From contig NC_089434.1 in assembly GCF_026210795.1 (NCBI RefSeq), positions 2,604,001 through 2,668,000 on the forward strand: DNA of 64,000 nucleotides, in the 5' to 3' direction. The stretch is from Rhizophagus irregularis. Taxonomy: Eukaryota. Under the pieces are notes generated by a model. That model was not told the DNA's origin. It searched no databases and saw only the letters and a program-made list of their open reading frames with translations. Each line of letters opens with the position of its first letter. The first letter of the stretch is position 1. The translations under genes and the position numbers were made by a program. Positions 25,131-37,830 of this stretch are shown here, one piece after another.

Positions 25131-28100
25131 ACATGAATCATGTAATTGTGGAATTGTATTTGAATTAGCAATATTTTTTGTAAATTAGATAGATGCAATA
25201 ATAATAATATAATTATAAAGTATTTAAGCATTAATAAATACATTTATTTAATAAATTTGATAAAAAAAATCAAAATAAATTCATAAATAAATGGGTTGTT
25301 ATTAGACCATAATTCGGCTTAAAGTTTTAAGGTCGAATATTGGTCAATTTAAACCTAAATAATGGTCGAATAATTAGTCCGAATTTGGGACGATTGGCAC
25401 CCTAAATGCGCCCGAAAATTCGACCTCAATTTGACACAGGTTAGACCATTATTCGACCTATATTCGACCTGGTCAAATTTAGGCCGAATTGTCCTTTTTC
25501 GACTAGTGTTGGCCAAAATTAACTATTATGAACAAATAATAATTTACGGTCAAATTAACGAAACTGCGCCACAATAAGTAGATTCGATTTTTATTCGAGA
25601 TTCGATTTAAAATCGATTCTTATCGATTTTCGATAGTTTCGATTTTAATCGAATCTTTTCCGATCCCTACACTAACGATAATTCGCACACTCAATTTCAA
25701 CAACAACAACAAAATTTTCTTGATGTAAATGGTTCATTTATCAATTTCAATAACTTTCGTGGGTAACACTTTCTGATTTAAGTAATATAACATACAGTAT
25801 ACTATATGCTATTCTACACATCTATTTTTCCTATCATTATACGATATTTTATTTTGATATTTTTATATAAGGAGAATTTTATAGGTTATTTATTAGCAAT
25901 ATTTATTATTAAGGTTAATTTTAATTTACGGTCAAATTAACGAAACTGCACCACAATAAGTAGATTCGATTTTTATTCGAGATTCGATTTAAAATCGATT
26001 CTTATCGATTTTCGATAGTTTCGATTTTAATCGAATCTTTTCCGATCCCTAACCTAGACAATACATTTTTCATTGAATATTCAAATTCTGAAGATTCTGA
26101 AGATAAAAAAGAATCTAATATTATCAATCAGTGGTCATGTCAGGGATCAGCAGGGATCGGTATGGGAAGTTGATTTAATTAAAGGTTCTACATTTATATT
26201 AATACATTTTTGTAAAACCGTTTTTTTGGTTAAATAAAAAATCTTACATAATAAAGTACACTAAAAATTTACATGTGACTTAGTGCTATTTCGAAGTTAT
26301 ATTATATTAAGTTTTATCATTATTGGATAAATATTGAGAAACTTTTATTAGGAGCGTATTTTTACGAAGCGAAAAATGGCCAAACTTCAATTGTATTTTA
26401 ACGTAAAAGTGTTGTTTCAACGTGGTCTGTAACACTATGTTATGCAAAACGTGAAGACCTTAAGTAGATATTTTTGTCTCCTTACGGACAAAAAAGAATG
26501 TCAGTAACTTGCATCTCTACAATTTATTTTGACTATTTTTTGTCAAAGGAAATCATTAATGTCAGAACAAAAATATGAAATTTCCACACCCTTGCCTTCT
26601 ATAGACTTTTTAGAAGAATACAACGATGAAATAAGCAGTAATGACGAGTTTGGACGTGAAATGTTAAATGAAACACTTGATAATACTAGTGATATACATT
26701 TTGAAGACCCTGAAAAAAAAAAGAAAAATGATTGTGAAACATTTGAACATGATGAAGTTATAGATAATTTAGAACACACTGAACTTACACCATATGTAGT
26801 TATCGATTTTATTAAGGGTGAAGTTCAACGATGTGGGGAATCAACGAAACTAAGACAATTACGAAATTTGTTTGGAACATGGCAAGTCGACAGAGATGCA
26901 ATCAATGAAGTTGATGGAGTTTTAATAAGATTAGGAGTATGTAATACTCATTTCCAATTTGATAATAAGTATCTACATCAATCACGAAATAAACAATTGA
27001 AAGATTTTAATCAAGGAATTATTCAATGGAGACGATGCATTTCTTGTAATAAATATATTACTTTTTTTTCTCGGGGCGCAGGATGCACATTACATTCTTG
27101 GCATTTAAATAAACAAAATATTCAAGTTCCATGTATTGGACAGTATACATGTGAGGCGCTACGAGATTGTCTACCAGTGTGTAAACGGGCTTTTGATGAC
27201 ATTAATCCGTGGTAAAAAGTGTGTGTTACTGGTATTACGAAAATTTGGGTAGTCATATTCATCATCATTCTGGGAGAGGAAAAAGTGGGATAACATGTAC
27301 TACATTACATGCTGATGATACAGCAAAAGGGTTAGAGTATTTGGGTAACTGGTTAATTAATATCGCACAAACAGGAAATGACAAAGAAAAAAATCAAAAA
27401 ATATTAACTAAAGCTTTCGAAGCCCTTCTTCCCTTTGCCGACCTAATGTTCAGTTCCAATTCTACTATTACTACTCTTATCTCAACTACCCTAAATGAAC
27501 CTCCCAGTTTGTTTATGATAAAGACTCTTTTTATTGAATTTTCTAAAAAACAAGAAATTGAAAAAAAATTAGAAATCAAAGAAAAAGAACTTGAAAAAAA
27601 AGAAATTGAAAAGAAAGAAATCGAAAAAAAATTAGAAATAGAAGATTTTGAGGCAGGTATACTCTCTTTTTCTTCATGAAAACTCACGGTAAAAAAAAGA
27701 TGCGAATGAATAATTTTTTGATTGATTGATACAGGAATTTGGTTGTACATTTGGACAAAAATTATGGAATTCTTGATCATATGTCAATTCAAGAGCATCT
27801 GCCTTAGAATCTCCGCAAACTATTCAAGAATATTACGATGGGTTTCCCAAGTTTTTAAATGATTTCTTCTTTGGAGTAATTGATGAATTATATCAAAAAA
27901 TGATAATAGTATGCAACTGGCAACGAAAAAAATGTCACAAGTTACCAAAAACTGTAATTTCTGAACTGATAATGAAAACTGTAACATTATTACGTCGATG
28001 TTATTAGGACTAGCTTTTCCTCATTTGAAAATTTGGTTATCTCAAGTTTTAGCTAGCCTTAGTCGTATGCCAAGATTACTGGGTTCTTTTCAACAGTTGT

Positions 28101-31100
28101 TAACAGTTTGTCACGTAAGTTCTCATAGTGACAGACACGAACAAAAACTTGCAAAAATCCGAATGGAAGAATCGAATCCATCAAACCGTTTAATTCGCGC
28201 TAACAATGTGTGAAATTTAGCAATCATCGATAACATCGATTTTAAAGAGAAGAGTTTCAAGTTCGGTAATATATATGATGTTACGCGTGGTAACTCACAT
28301 GCCACTCTGAGAATGGCCTTTCAAGCCCAATTGCCAGTCGAAATAGAAACTAGTCCTGAACAAGTCATCGAGTTAACTCCTAATACTTCATTATTCGGGA
28401 TGAATTAGAGTATTGATGAAACGTTAAATATGTTTCAAAAGGTTATTTTTGATTTGTTAGATTTCAAAGAAATTGAAGGTGAATTAATTTACAAGACAAA
28501 TTTTGATGGGGAAACTATCAAGCGCGTTTTACTTACTAAATTAGACCCAGAATGTCTTGGTCCTTCTCCCAATGTTGTAATATTAGAGCCAGGAGCCAAT
28601 CCGAATTCTGACGAAGAAATTTTGCATGTTTCTGAAATGTATAAGGAGGACTTTGCGATGAACAATCATTCCTTTTTAGATATCATAGCAGATGAGGCGA
28701 TCTTTCGTAGGTTAATCAAATGCCGGGAGAAATGGCCAAATATAAGACCTCACTTGGGCCAATGGCACACGTTGAAGGACTTTTGTTCAGTTTTGATAGT
28801 CCTATTCTCTAGTTACGGATTATTAAATTTGGCGTCATGTTTGGGCGTTCATTTCTTGGACAAATTATAAGCTGCAGTCAATTATCGGTCAACTGCACGA
28901 GTATTGGATCTTTTATGGGTGGCAGTGGGGATAGCAATCAATATTTACATAAAAAAAATTGGAATATCACTTTCAGATATAATAGATGATGAAAATGATG
29001 CTCATGTTTGTCTCAAAGTATAGTATACCTTTATTTTATATTACCAATTAATTATATTGTATTTTATTTATTTTATTATTTATTTATAATTATGTAAAAC
29101 TTACTTTATTACAATAAAAAGATATGGTACTTATACTATAAATGGGCTGGTATCTGGAAAGTGCATTGGATGGGAATGCGCATAGGAAACTTTGGTCTGC
29201 AACGAAATTCTTTATCTGCAGCGGCTTCACTTTACGCAAGTGCAGCGAAATCCAACTATACGACAGCTATAGCCCATTATCTTAACGTCATGCGCAAATT
29301 CTTAAATTAAATTAGAAGAAAGATTAAATTATTGTGGCACCTTTAAAATTCCCCGCGATGTTAATGAAGATTCACGGCATGTTTGTTTTGGCTTTGACGA
29401 AGCTCTGAAAACGTTTGGCGTAAGGTTTATCAAACAAAATGTTTATGGAAATATAATTGATGAGAAGAACCTTAGAGATCAGATAAAGTCTTCTCAGGAC
29501 GAAAGAGAAAGGATAGACCTGTTAATGAGTGAGTACCTTAATGATTATGCAGTTTCATATAGTGAACGGGCTATAAAGTCACACAAGAAATCTTTATGAG
29601 AGCTCGTGAATGACTTCATAACGGGTTTTGGAATGTCTGACCCCTTATCACACCAACTATTCCAAGAATATACACCCACAGAAATGCATAAGGAAGGGCT
29701 TAGTAGACTGTTTAATTGTTATCTAAATGGTTTAAAATGAATTAAAGCAATATACCGGCAAGAAGTTCTAAAGACAGAAGATAGAAATCCACAAGGTAGA
29801 AGGACAATAGGAGTTGTTAGAACGAAGGTGAAAGATTATAATAGTAAGAAAAAGGCTGAGAAGAGAAAAATAATGATTCCAGAACTTACACAGCCTGTAG
29901 TAAAAGATTTAAATGAAACGTCACTAACCATCGAACCACAATCCAAATGAAGAAAAATAGCAGGTGCCAGACATCGAACTACCGAAAATGAGACAGCAAT
30001 TCTTTGTGCACTAAAAATATATAAAAATTACCTTCCGGAAGATGCTATTGGTTCCGTTCGTGAGAAATTGTCAGAAGTTTGGACTGTTAAAAAGGTGCGA
30101 GAGTGGTGGAATTATCATAAGAACAAGGAATTGTGAAAAATTGTAAATATTGGGCAGTGATAAATAAACAGTTTGCATTTGCAAACCGCTAAAATCAATC
30201 ATTATCAGTTATTATCGTTTTTTTTATTTAGTTTGTTATAATAATATAAAGAACAAATGCAATTCCTATAGGTTAACTAGTCGATAAAATAAAAATTTGC
30301 TATTTGCCTTTAAAGTTACTATCCTAACCACCTTTTTATGTCTAAACATTTCGATTGCACTTAAAAAAATACGTGTAATCATGCACTTAATACAGAATTT
30401 GGAAATCGTATAAACTTGCATCTTGGGTTGAAATCAAAAAAAATAAGGAAAAGTTGACCATATGTAAAGTTTTTGTATAAATGTCATACTATAAAAAAAA
30501 GTGTTGGAATAGATAACCAGAAACCTCTAAATTGAAAAGTTCTTAAGGTTCTTTCGTTAATTATTTGAGCCAATATCACGTTGCATTAGACCATTCATTT
30601 TTGATTATTAGTGTTACACAAAATTTCAATTAGTGATCGACAAGTGAATCGCCTTATCCTGACATGACCACTGATTGTTATACTGAATAACGATAATGAT
30701 GATAAAATAACATCAGATTTTGATAATAATTTTAATTTAAATAATTTAGAATTTGAAAAAGTTTTGATAGTTATATTGAAGATAAAATATACGATAATTT
30801 GAAATTAAAGGTTAAAGAATTTTTTTAAAAAGGGAAGTATTCATGCCATTCTTCTAATCAATCCTATTTTATGAAAATTGGTTATGAACGATTTCTTAAA
30901 CGTCGAGCAGAATTTGAAAGCCTGGATAAAAATATAAAGAATATGGTTGTCAAAGGCCAACTCATGATTTTCAAAAAAAATGAAAATACTAGAAAAGTTA
31001 ATGAAAGTAATAGAAAATATGTGCATTTTAATTATTGTTTTAATAATAATCTTCCAATTTGCTGTACAACATATAAAAATCTTATTGGAGCCAGTTATAA

Positions 31101-31221
31101 ATATTTAGATACGATTATACAACATTTACGAGAACATGGCATTGAAGAACATATATATGGAAATACTGGAAGAGCTCCAAAAAATATGAATTGTATTGAA
31201 GTTAATTATGATATAGCACAT

Positions 31222-33031
31222 TGTAACCATGGACATCGAACTTAATGAAATAGATAAATAATACACTGAACAGAAGATCACATAATAGAAAGTCACATGA
31301 TTAGATATAAAGATGTTAGCCTTAATTATTTTTTAAAAAATTTGAATTACGGCTATAAGATTTTTATAGCCTTAATTAATTACAGCATATAAAATTTTGT
31401 ATTATGACACTTTTTTGAATTACGGCTAACATCTTTAATTGGATAAATAATTAGCCGAAAAGGATAAACATTTAGGAAAAGAAATAATCTACATGATGTA
31501 ATGTTTATTGAATGATTAATGAAGATCAGATAGATTAATTAAGAAGTTGATCAATCACGACATGATAACCAGTTTATCGAGCTCGTCAATAGGAAAATTC
31601 TGATATACTGTAATAACAGGTTTATCAAGTTTATTAATAGGAACAATTAGGACTGAGGAGTAATTATAAGCTACAAAAGATAGATTATAAGTTGGGAACA
31701 TTTGATTATTTTTCTTTACAATAGAATATTTCTTTACTAGAGTTCTGAATGGATTAGGTCAGGTTAGTTTAGGTTATATCAGGTTGTCTATTTAACTTAA
31801 CCTGACCTGAAATCTGAAAAATTTCAGGACTATTTTTATTAAAGTATTGAAAAAAAATGGTACAAAACTTTTTTTTTTAATATAATATTATAAAAAAAAC
31901 GTTTTTGCAACGTTTTTTAATAAAACATTGAAAAAAAATATTGCAAAACATTTTTTTAATATAACATTATGAAAAAAATGTTTTCGCAATGTTATTATTG
32001 AAATATCAAAAAAAAATGGTACAAAACATTTTTTTAATATAATATTATGAAAAAAATGTTTTCACAACGTTTTTCTTAAAATATTGTGATTCAACATTTT
32101 TATATTAAAATCATATAAAAAAGTAAATCCCAATACTGCAATTCACTTTTTTTTATATAGAATTAATATAAAAAAAGTGAGTTGCGATATCACAATTCAC
32201 TTTTATTATATAAAATCAAGATAAAAAAGTGAATCGCAATATTTCAACTCACTTTTATTATATAAATTAATATAAAAAAGTGAATCGCAATATCACAACT
32301 CACTTTTATTATATAAAATCAATATAAAAAAGTGAATCGCAATACCGCAACTCACTTTTTTTATATAGAATTAATATAAAAAAGTGAATCACAATATTGC
32401 AACTCACTTTTATTATATAGTAGAATCAATAGTTTCAGGTCAACAGGTCAATCAGGTCATGTCAATCTTCATACCTGACTTGAATTTCAGGTCAGGTCAG
32501 GTTAGGTTACTTGAATTTGGCTAACCTGTTCGAAGCTCTATTCTTTACGATGTAATATTTGAAAGATTATTTTTTTTTAAAGAATAACAGATGGCACATA
32601 AAAGATAGCACATAAAAGAAAGTATATTAGAAAGAAAGAACAGGTTATTTTAGTGTACTTTTATAATTTTAGGGTAGTAAAATTAAATTTCAAAATATAT
32701 AAATATAGGTGGAATTCAATAGGTCAGTGGAACTCAATAAAATATTAATTATTAGAAGTTATTTTTGAATATACTTATGGTTCGCCTAAGTTTTAATTAA
32801 TGTTTTATAATGATAATTATAAGATTAATAAAATATAAACTTTCGTAATGAGAATTATCGTATTTTGGAAGAAGAAACAAGGATAAAATATCATGGCAAG
32901 AGCTATCGCAGTTTGAAAGTTAAGTAGAAATAAAATCTAAATCAAGCAAAAATATATTAACGTTTCGTTGAGATTAAATATAATAAGGCGATTCCTTTTT
33001 ATTTACTATCGGGTGGCAGATGGTGATGACA
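31222..33031. mobile_element. TGT...ACA-ended insertion (solo LTR or Ginger-type non-autonomous element), ~1 kb without the nested MITE
   Basis: Ends tgtaacc.../...atgaca; 4 bp TSD acat/acgt (one CpG transition); removal restores ..IARDVF..; 31430-31690 has an inverted homolog at ~21080-21290. Confidence 0.65.
31738..32540. mobile_element. hAT-type MITE with internal palindromic tandem repeats
   Basis: TIR tagagttctgaa / ttcgaagctcta; 8 bp TSD ttctttac (31730-31737, 32541-32548); tcaggt/acctga subterminal motifs. Confidence 0.85.
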
Positions 33032-34187
33032 ACGTGATGTATTTTTATTTTTAAAAAACTATTCAAACATACATGGTATGCCTTCACCTGGGCGGCATTT
33101 CAATGAATTTTCATGTCTGTTGTATTTCTTCGACCAGTTTCAGCTATTCTTCAGTATATCGTGACTATGTACAAGCTTATAAGTAAGGAAAAGCATGAAC
33201 CAGAAATTCGTGTTATGGTTGAATCAACTTTTGTTAAAATCTGGAAATCCTTAATACCATCACTTCAGTTTATGTCCTCAAAATCCAATTTGTGTGAAAA
33301 TTGTAAGACAATGAAAATGGACATTCAATATATTACACAACATGAAAAAAAATTGGATTTTACAGAAAATTATTTAAATCATTTAAAATGTACACAGCAA
33401 GAGCGAGATTATTACAATTCCAATATTGCATGTGCAATTAAAGATAGCAAAAATAATCCCAATCCTTCTGGATCCCAAACTTTATACAAAACCTTTAAAG
33501 AAGTCGCTCATATTGCATATGACTGGATCCAAAATGTGCAAATTCCATATTTTTCACAACAAATAGGACCTTTATTTTTTAAAAGTTCTTGAAAAGTACA
33601 CATTTTTGGTATTTGTAATACCAGCAATTTTTCTCACACTCAACAGATCAATTATATAATTAATGAAAGTGAAATGCCTGATGATGGAAAACAAGGAAAG
33701 GGCGTTAAGTTTGCAATTTAAAAGTACAATTGTGGAGAAAAAAAATTAATTGTTACCTGTAATAATTGCATAGGACAAAATAAAAATAATTACATTTTAT
33801 TTTTTTATTCATGGTTGATTGATCGTAATATATATGATAAAGTTGAATTGAATTTTATGATACCTGGACATACAAAGTTTATTTGTGATGGGTGTTTTAG
33901 TCTGATTAAAGTTCTCTACTGAAAAAGTAAGGTAAATACCATAGATGATATAGTTTCAATTGTTAACCGTTCTAGTACTGCAAATAGTTTTAATGTTGCT
34001 CAGCGTTATTTAAATGGAGAAGGTTTTCAATATTATAATTTTAAGAAATACTTTCAAAGATTTAAAAAATTACCTCTTATTTAAAAATATCATCATTTTT
34101 ATTTTTCTTCATGGAATCCTGAGTTATCTTTTATAAAGATAGACTTGAAAATAATTACAAAAAAGCTACAGTTCGTACTTTTTCTTA

Positions 34188-34721
34188 TTGTCCAGAGCAT
34201 AGCGAAGGACTATATAATTTTACGAAGGTTGATGACAATTAGTGTCACGTGGCGATTTCTGATTATCCACACACGTCATTTCTGATTGGACCGCACAGCT
34301 ACATCAAAAATAAACAAGTAAAAAAGTTTATGATTACCTTTTTTTTTTAGATTTTGGCTAGTAAGTATATTTTTCTTTTAAACGACTTTCTTATTTTTTT
34401 CCTAGGGTTTCTGGATTTCTTGTATACATAGGACTGGTGAGTTGTTTTTTATTTGTTTTGCTTTAAAGAAACGTTTTTAGCGTTTCATTTTTATTTTCTT
34501 TATCTAGGAACACAGGTTTTTTTGTACATGCCGGACTTTTAAAGGTAAATTGTAAGGGCTTTTCTTACTTGTTTAACCTTAAAGAAACGTTTCTAACGTT
34601 TCATTTTTCATTTTTATTTTTTTAGGGATGCCAGATTTTTTGTACAAATTAAATTTTTAAAGATATTTGGATTTTTGTACAAATCTTTCGCTTAGGACTT
34701 ACAATGGTTTCCGTTTCCTAG
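34188..34721 (+). mobile_element. Helitron-like non-autonomous element carrying repeated micro-exon/intron cassettes
   Basis: Inserted between A and T without TSD (removal restores RTFSYDTNIL); ends aatgg-ttt-ccgtt-tcCTAG; 5' end is TT rather than canonical TC. Confidence 0.7.
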
Positions 34722-34816
34722 TGATACTAATATTCTATCACCTATAATTAATTGTAAACCCCTTTCTTTAAAAAGACAAGAGAAATTATATAAAGAAATT
34801 GCACCCTATGTTAATA

Positions 34817-35363
34817 TACGTGATTATTTTGCAATCTCTGGTAATAATATATTGTTTAAAATTTAAACCTTTTATTGTTTAAGGTTAATTTAATAATTTT
34901 AAATTTATTTTAGCAACTAGCACACTAATCGAAAAAGCTTTTTCTAGTAGTACTGATCTTATAAGTCAAAAAAAATGTAGTTTTTCAGCTGAAACAATCT
35001 GTGCTTGCATGTGCTTAAAATTTTGGTGGAAAATAGAATTGAAAAAATAATTTCAATTTATTTTATGTAATAAATAATTTATATAAATAAATATATAAAT
35101 ATAAATAAATATAAAGGAATATAAATATTAATTTTTGACATAAAATAAATAAATATAATTACATAAATAAAATGCGTAAGTTTAACCTGGATAAACTTGA
35201 CTTGGTCAAGTCGATTCAAGTTCAGGTTAAAATATTTTTAAATTTAAGTCGAGTCAGATTAGATAATTTTATAATTTTAACTTAACTCAACTTGACTTGA
35301 TTTTGTTGAGTCAAGTACGAGTTACCTTTTAACTTGATTCAACTCAACTCGTCCAGAACTCTA
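34817..35363 (+). mobile_element. 3' remnant of a hAT transposon (dimerisation-domain exons plus right terminus)
   Basis: IRDYFAIS|intron|ATSTLIEKAFS..SAETICACMCLKFWW*; aactcaact subterminal repeats; terminus ccagaactcta (reverse complement tagagttctgg, like 31738). Confidence 0.7.
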
Positions 35364-35699
35364 TGTAGAATAAAAAACATTACTTCATTATCCTTTACCC
35401 AATGCTTAAACCTTATCAGCAAGCATATTTATAGAAGGATTTGTGGTTAAAGCAAAAATGCGAATTATAGAAGATTTATGGTATTATTGGATGCATAAAA
35501 AATAAACAAATATGTGTTTTATTTTTATAGAATTAATAATAAAAGAATATTTGAAATTTTTTTTACACTATATACTGTATATTTTATTTAGTATATATAG
35601 GTATATATTCTAATTTAAAGGATGAGTCAAGGTTAAAATTGACTTTTACAGTCAATTATATCAATTTTTCATAAAATAATCACATAACAAGAAAAAGGT

Positions 35700-36760
35700 C
35701 AATATCAAATGTACTCAAAGATAATTCTCAACCAATTGCTAAACTAATTAGGTTCAGCACAAGGACAAAAGTTAACTGTTTTTGTGACAAATGTGAAGGA
35801 AAATTGGTCGATTCTCGCACACAGAGAAAACATGCAAGTTCATCAAGCCAATTGTCAATTCAGGAAGATATCGAAGCTGAATCATTTCAATAAAATACAA
35901 ATGATGAGTCATCTCAACAAAATACAAACGATGAGTTATATCAGTCAGCTAGGTTTAGTAGGCAACAAATTAAAGTTTCACAAAATACTGTTGATATAGA
36001 AGATATAGAAAAAAATTAAGAAACTGACGATTCTGATTTCAATTATTTATCTTGAGAACATGTATTAAGATATACTAAACTTTCAACAACTTTCACCGAA
36101 CTTTTCATTAATGACTTCGAACAATCAGAAGTTACCGAATCTGATACTGGCATTGATGATAATGACGATTCAGCAAATAATGAATATTCTGAAATTTTTG
36201 AGAACTATTTATGTCCTCCATTTGAACCATCAATTAATACAAAGGTGGTGAATAATAACCGAATATTATGGATTTTAATCTGGATTATGAGATTTTGAAT
36301 AAGGTTTAACCTTCCAGAAACAGGAACAGAATCATTAATAAAATTCATGAAACTGGTGTTAAGAGAAATCAGAGGTTCCAATTTTGATACATTTCCTGGC
36401 ACTTTGTTTCTTGCAAAAAATGCGCTTGGTTTTAAAGATCTATTTCATAGCTTTGTGCTGTGTCAAAAGTGTTATAAATTATATAATAAACAAGAATTAG
36501 AAAATTTTAATCAAGATGAAGATCTTACTGTAACGAAATGTCAACATATTGAATTTCCAAATTTAACAAGTTGTAGATTAAAGTAGTGTCAAATTCCATC
36601 ATACAACCGAATCTTATTAACAAATGAAAAACTAAGTTTGAAACCTAAATTAATATATCCGTTTGCTGGAATTTGTCAACAATTGAGGAAAATGTACAAT
36701 CGACCAAAATTTAAACAATTCCTTCGATACTGGGCAAATCATCCAAATCATGATAACATT
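35700..36760 (+). pseudogene. N-terminal fragment of a CACTA/Tnp2-like transposase
   Basis: CQKCYKLY..CQHIEFP..KPKLIYPF..QQLRKMYNRPKF resembles KPELIYPF..QQLKTLY at ~7760; degenerate. Confidence 0.55.
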
Positions 36761-37339
36761 TATTTATTGCATCTAGAGATATGAAATAACTACTATTAGA
36801 ATCGTCTTGATGAGATGATTCTGATGAGCTCTATTTTATTTTTCTGTGATCATTAGATGCGAAGTTATTAAATGAAATATTCTCTTTATATATAAAATGA
36901 AGATCATTATTAATCTTTGATAATGAATTATTTCTGATCTACAAACCCAACCACTTGATTTTTTTTTTAAAAAATGTTTTTCTCGTTATGAAAAATTTAG
37001 TAATTTTATTACAAAAATATTTTTTTTTTTAATATTTTTAATTATATGTATATTAATCTTATGAATTAATTTAAAATTCACCCTAGGTTATTTTTTAATT
37101 TTAATTACCTTAGGTGAAATTCACCTTCTTGATTTGTGTTACATTTCACAATTATTTATTTATTTATTTATCACGTTATGATTATAAATAAAAAAAATTT
37201 CTTTTCTAAAAAAGCTTTGTTATTAACACATATTAAACACTTTGACTCAGTTTTGTTACTTATATCTTGTGAAGCTACAGGTATTTCATACAATTCATAG
37301 TGTATTTATTTCTAAATTTCTTTCGTGTTATATTTTCTA

Positions 37340-37830
37340 ACTTCAGAGCGTAATTTCGTAACTTTAGTCAAATGAAATCAACTTTCTTTATTAAGTGAAA
37401 GTTGTTCAGCTATGTCGAAACTACTTATATTTTGAATATTATAAGCGTAGGTATAATACTTGTAGAAATATTCATATTTTTTATAATAACAATAATTTTT
37501 GAATTTTTCATTTTCTGTTTGTTAATTTCAGAGCGTAATTTCACTACTTTAGTCAAATGAAATTGACTTCCTTTATTAAGTAAAAGTTGTTCACCGATAT
37601 CGAAACTACTTATATCTTATATTTCATGAGCATAGGTATAATACTTGTAGAGATATTCGCGTTTATATAATGGCAATAATTTTTGAATTTTTCATTTTTT
37701 GTTTATTAAATTCAGAGTGTAATTTCACTACTTTACTCAAATGAAATCAACTTTCTTTATCCGTATTTTTCATAATGGTACTAATTTTCGAATTTTTCTT
37801 GCTAAGAATATAATTTCACCATTTTGGTCA
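37340..37830. repeat. Tandem ~185 bp repeat (about 2.5 copies), probably inside a decayed DNA element (~37075-37990)
   Basis: ttcagag(c/t)gtaatttc..acttta(g/c)tcaaatgaaat at ~37342, ~37527 and ~37711. Confidence 0.7.

Larger units (their letters stand above)
22275..25508 (+). mobile_element. Non-autonomous CACTA element (3.2 kb) with internal micro-exon/hairpin array
   Basis: TIR CACTAGTCGAAAAAGG / CCTTTTTCGACTAGTG; 3 bp TSD TTG on both sides; subterminal ttcg(g/a)cc repeats; no transposase ORF. Confidence 0.93.
21991..26051. mobile_element. hAT-type non-autonomous element hosting a CACTA insertion; right end duplicated
   Basis: TIR taggaattgga / tccgatcccta; 8 bp TSD acctagac (21983-21990, 26052-26059); aatcgatt subterminal motifs. 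Confidence 0.82.
21482..30136 (+). pseudogene. Large transposase-like pseudogene (DUF6589-like motifs) with C-terminal homeodomain-like region, interrupted by nested MITEs
   Basis: Cys-rich N-terminal part (26529-27679), AIIDNIDFKEK, IIADEAIF..HLGQWHTLKDF, terminal RHRTT..WTVKKVREWWNYHKNKEL*; many stops; linkage of the 5' exon at 21482 is inferred. Confidence 0.5.
30664..34815 (+). pseudogene. Sola-like DDD transposase pseudogene with nested insertions
   Basis: HGMPSPGR, KSNLCENC, AHIAYDWIQN..QQIGPLFFKS, (D/N)NCIGQNKNN, ELNFMIPGHTKFICDGCF; reading frame resumes after the insertions at 31222-33031 and 34188-34721. Confidence 0.65.

Noticed and set aside
21080..31690. Inverted homologous segments as TIRs of one 10 kb element
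   Set aside because: The right copy lies inside a separate TSD-bounded insertion (31222-33031), so they are independent copies
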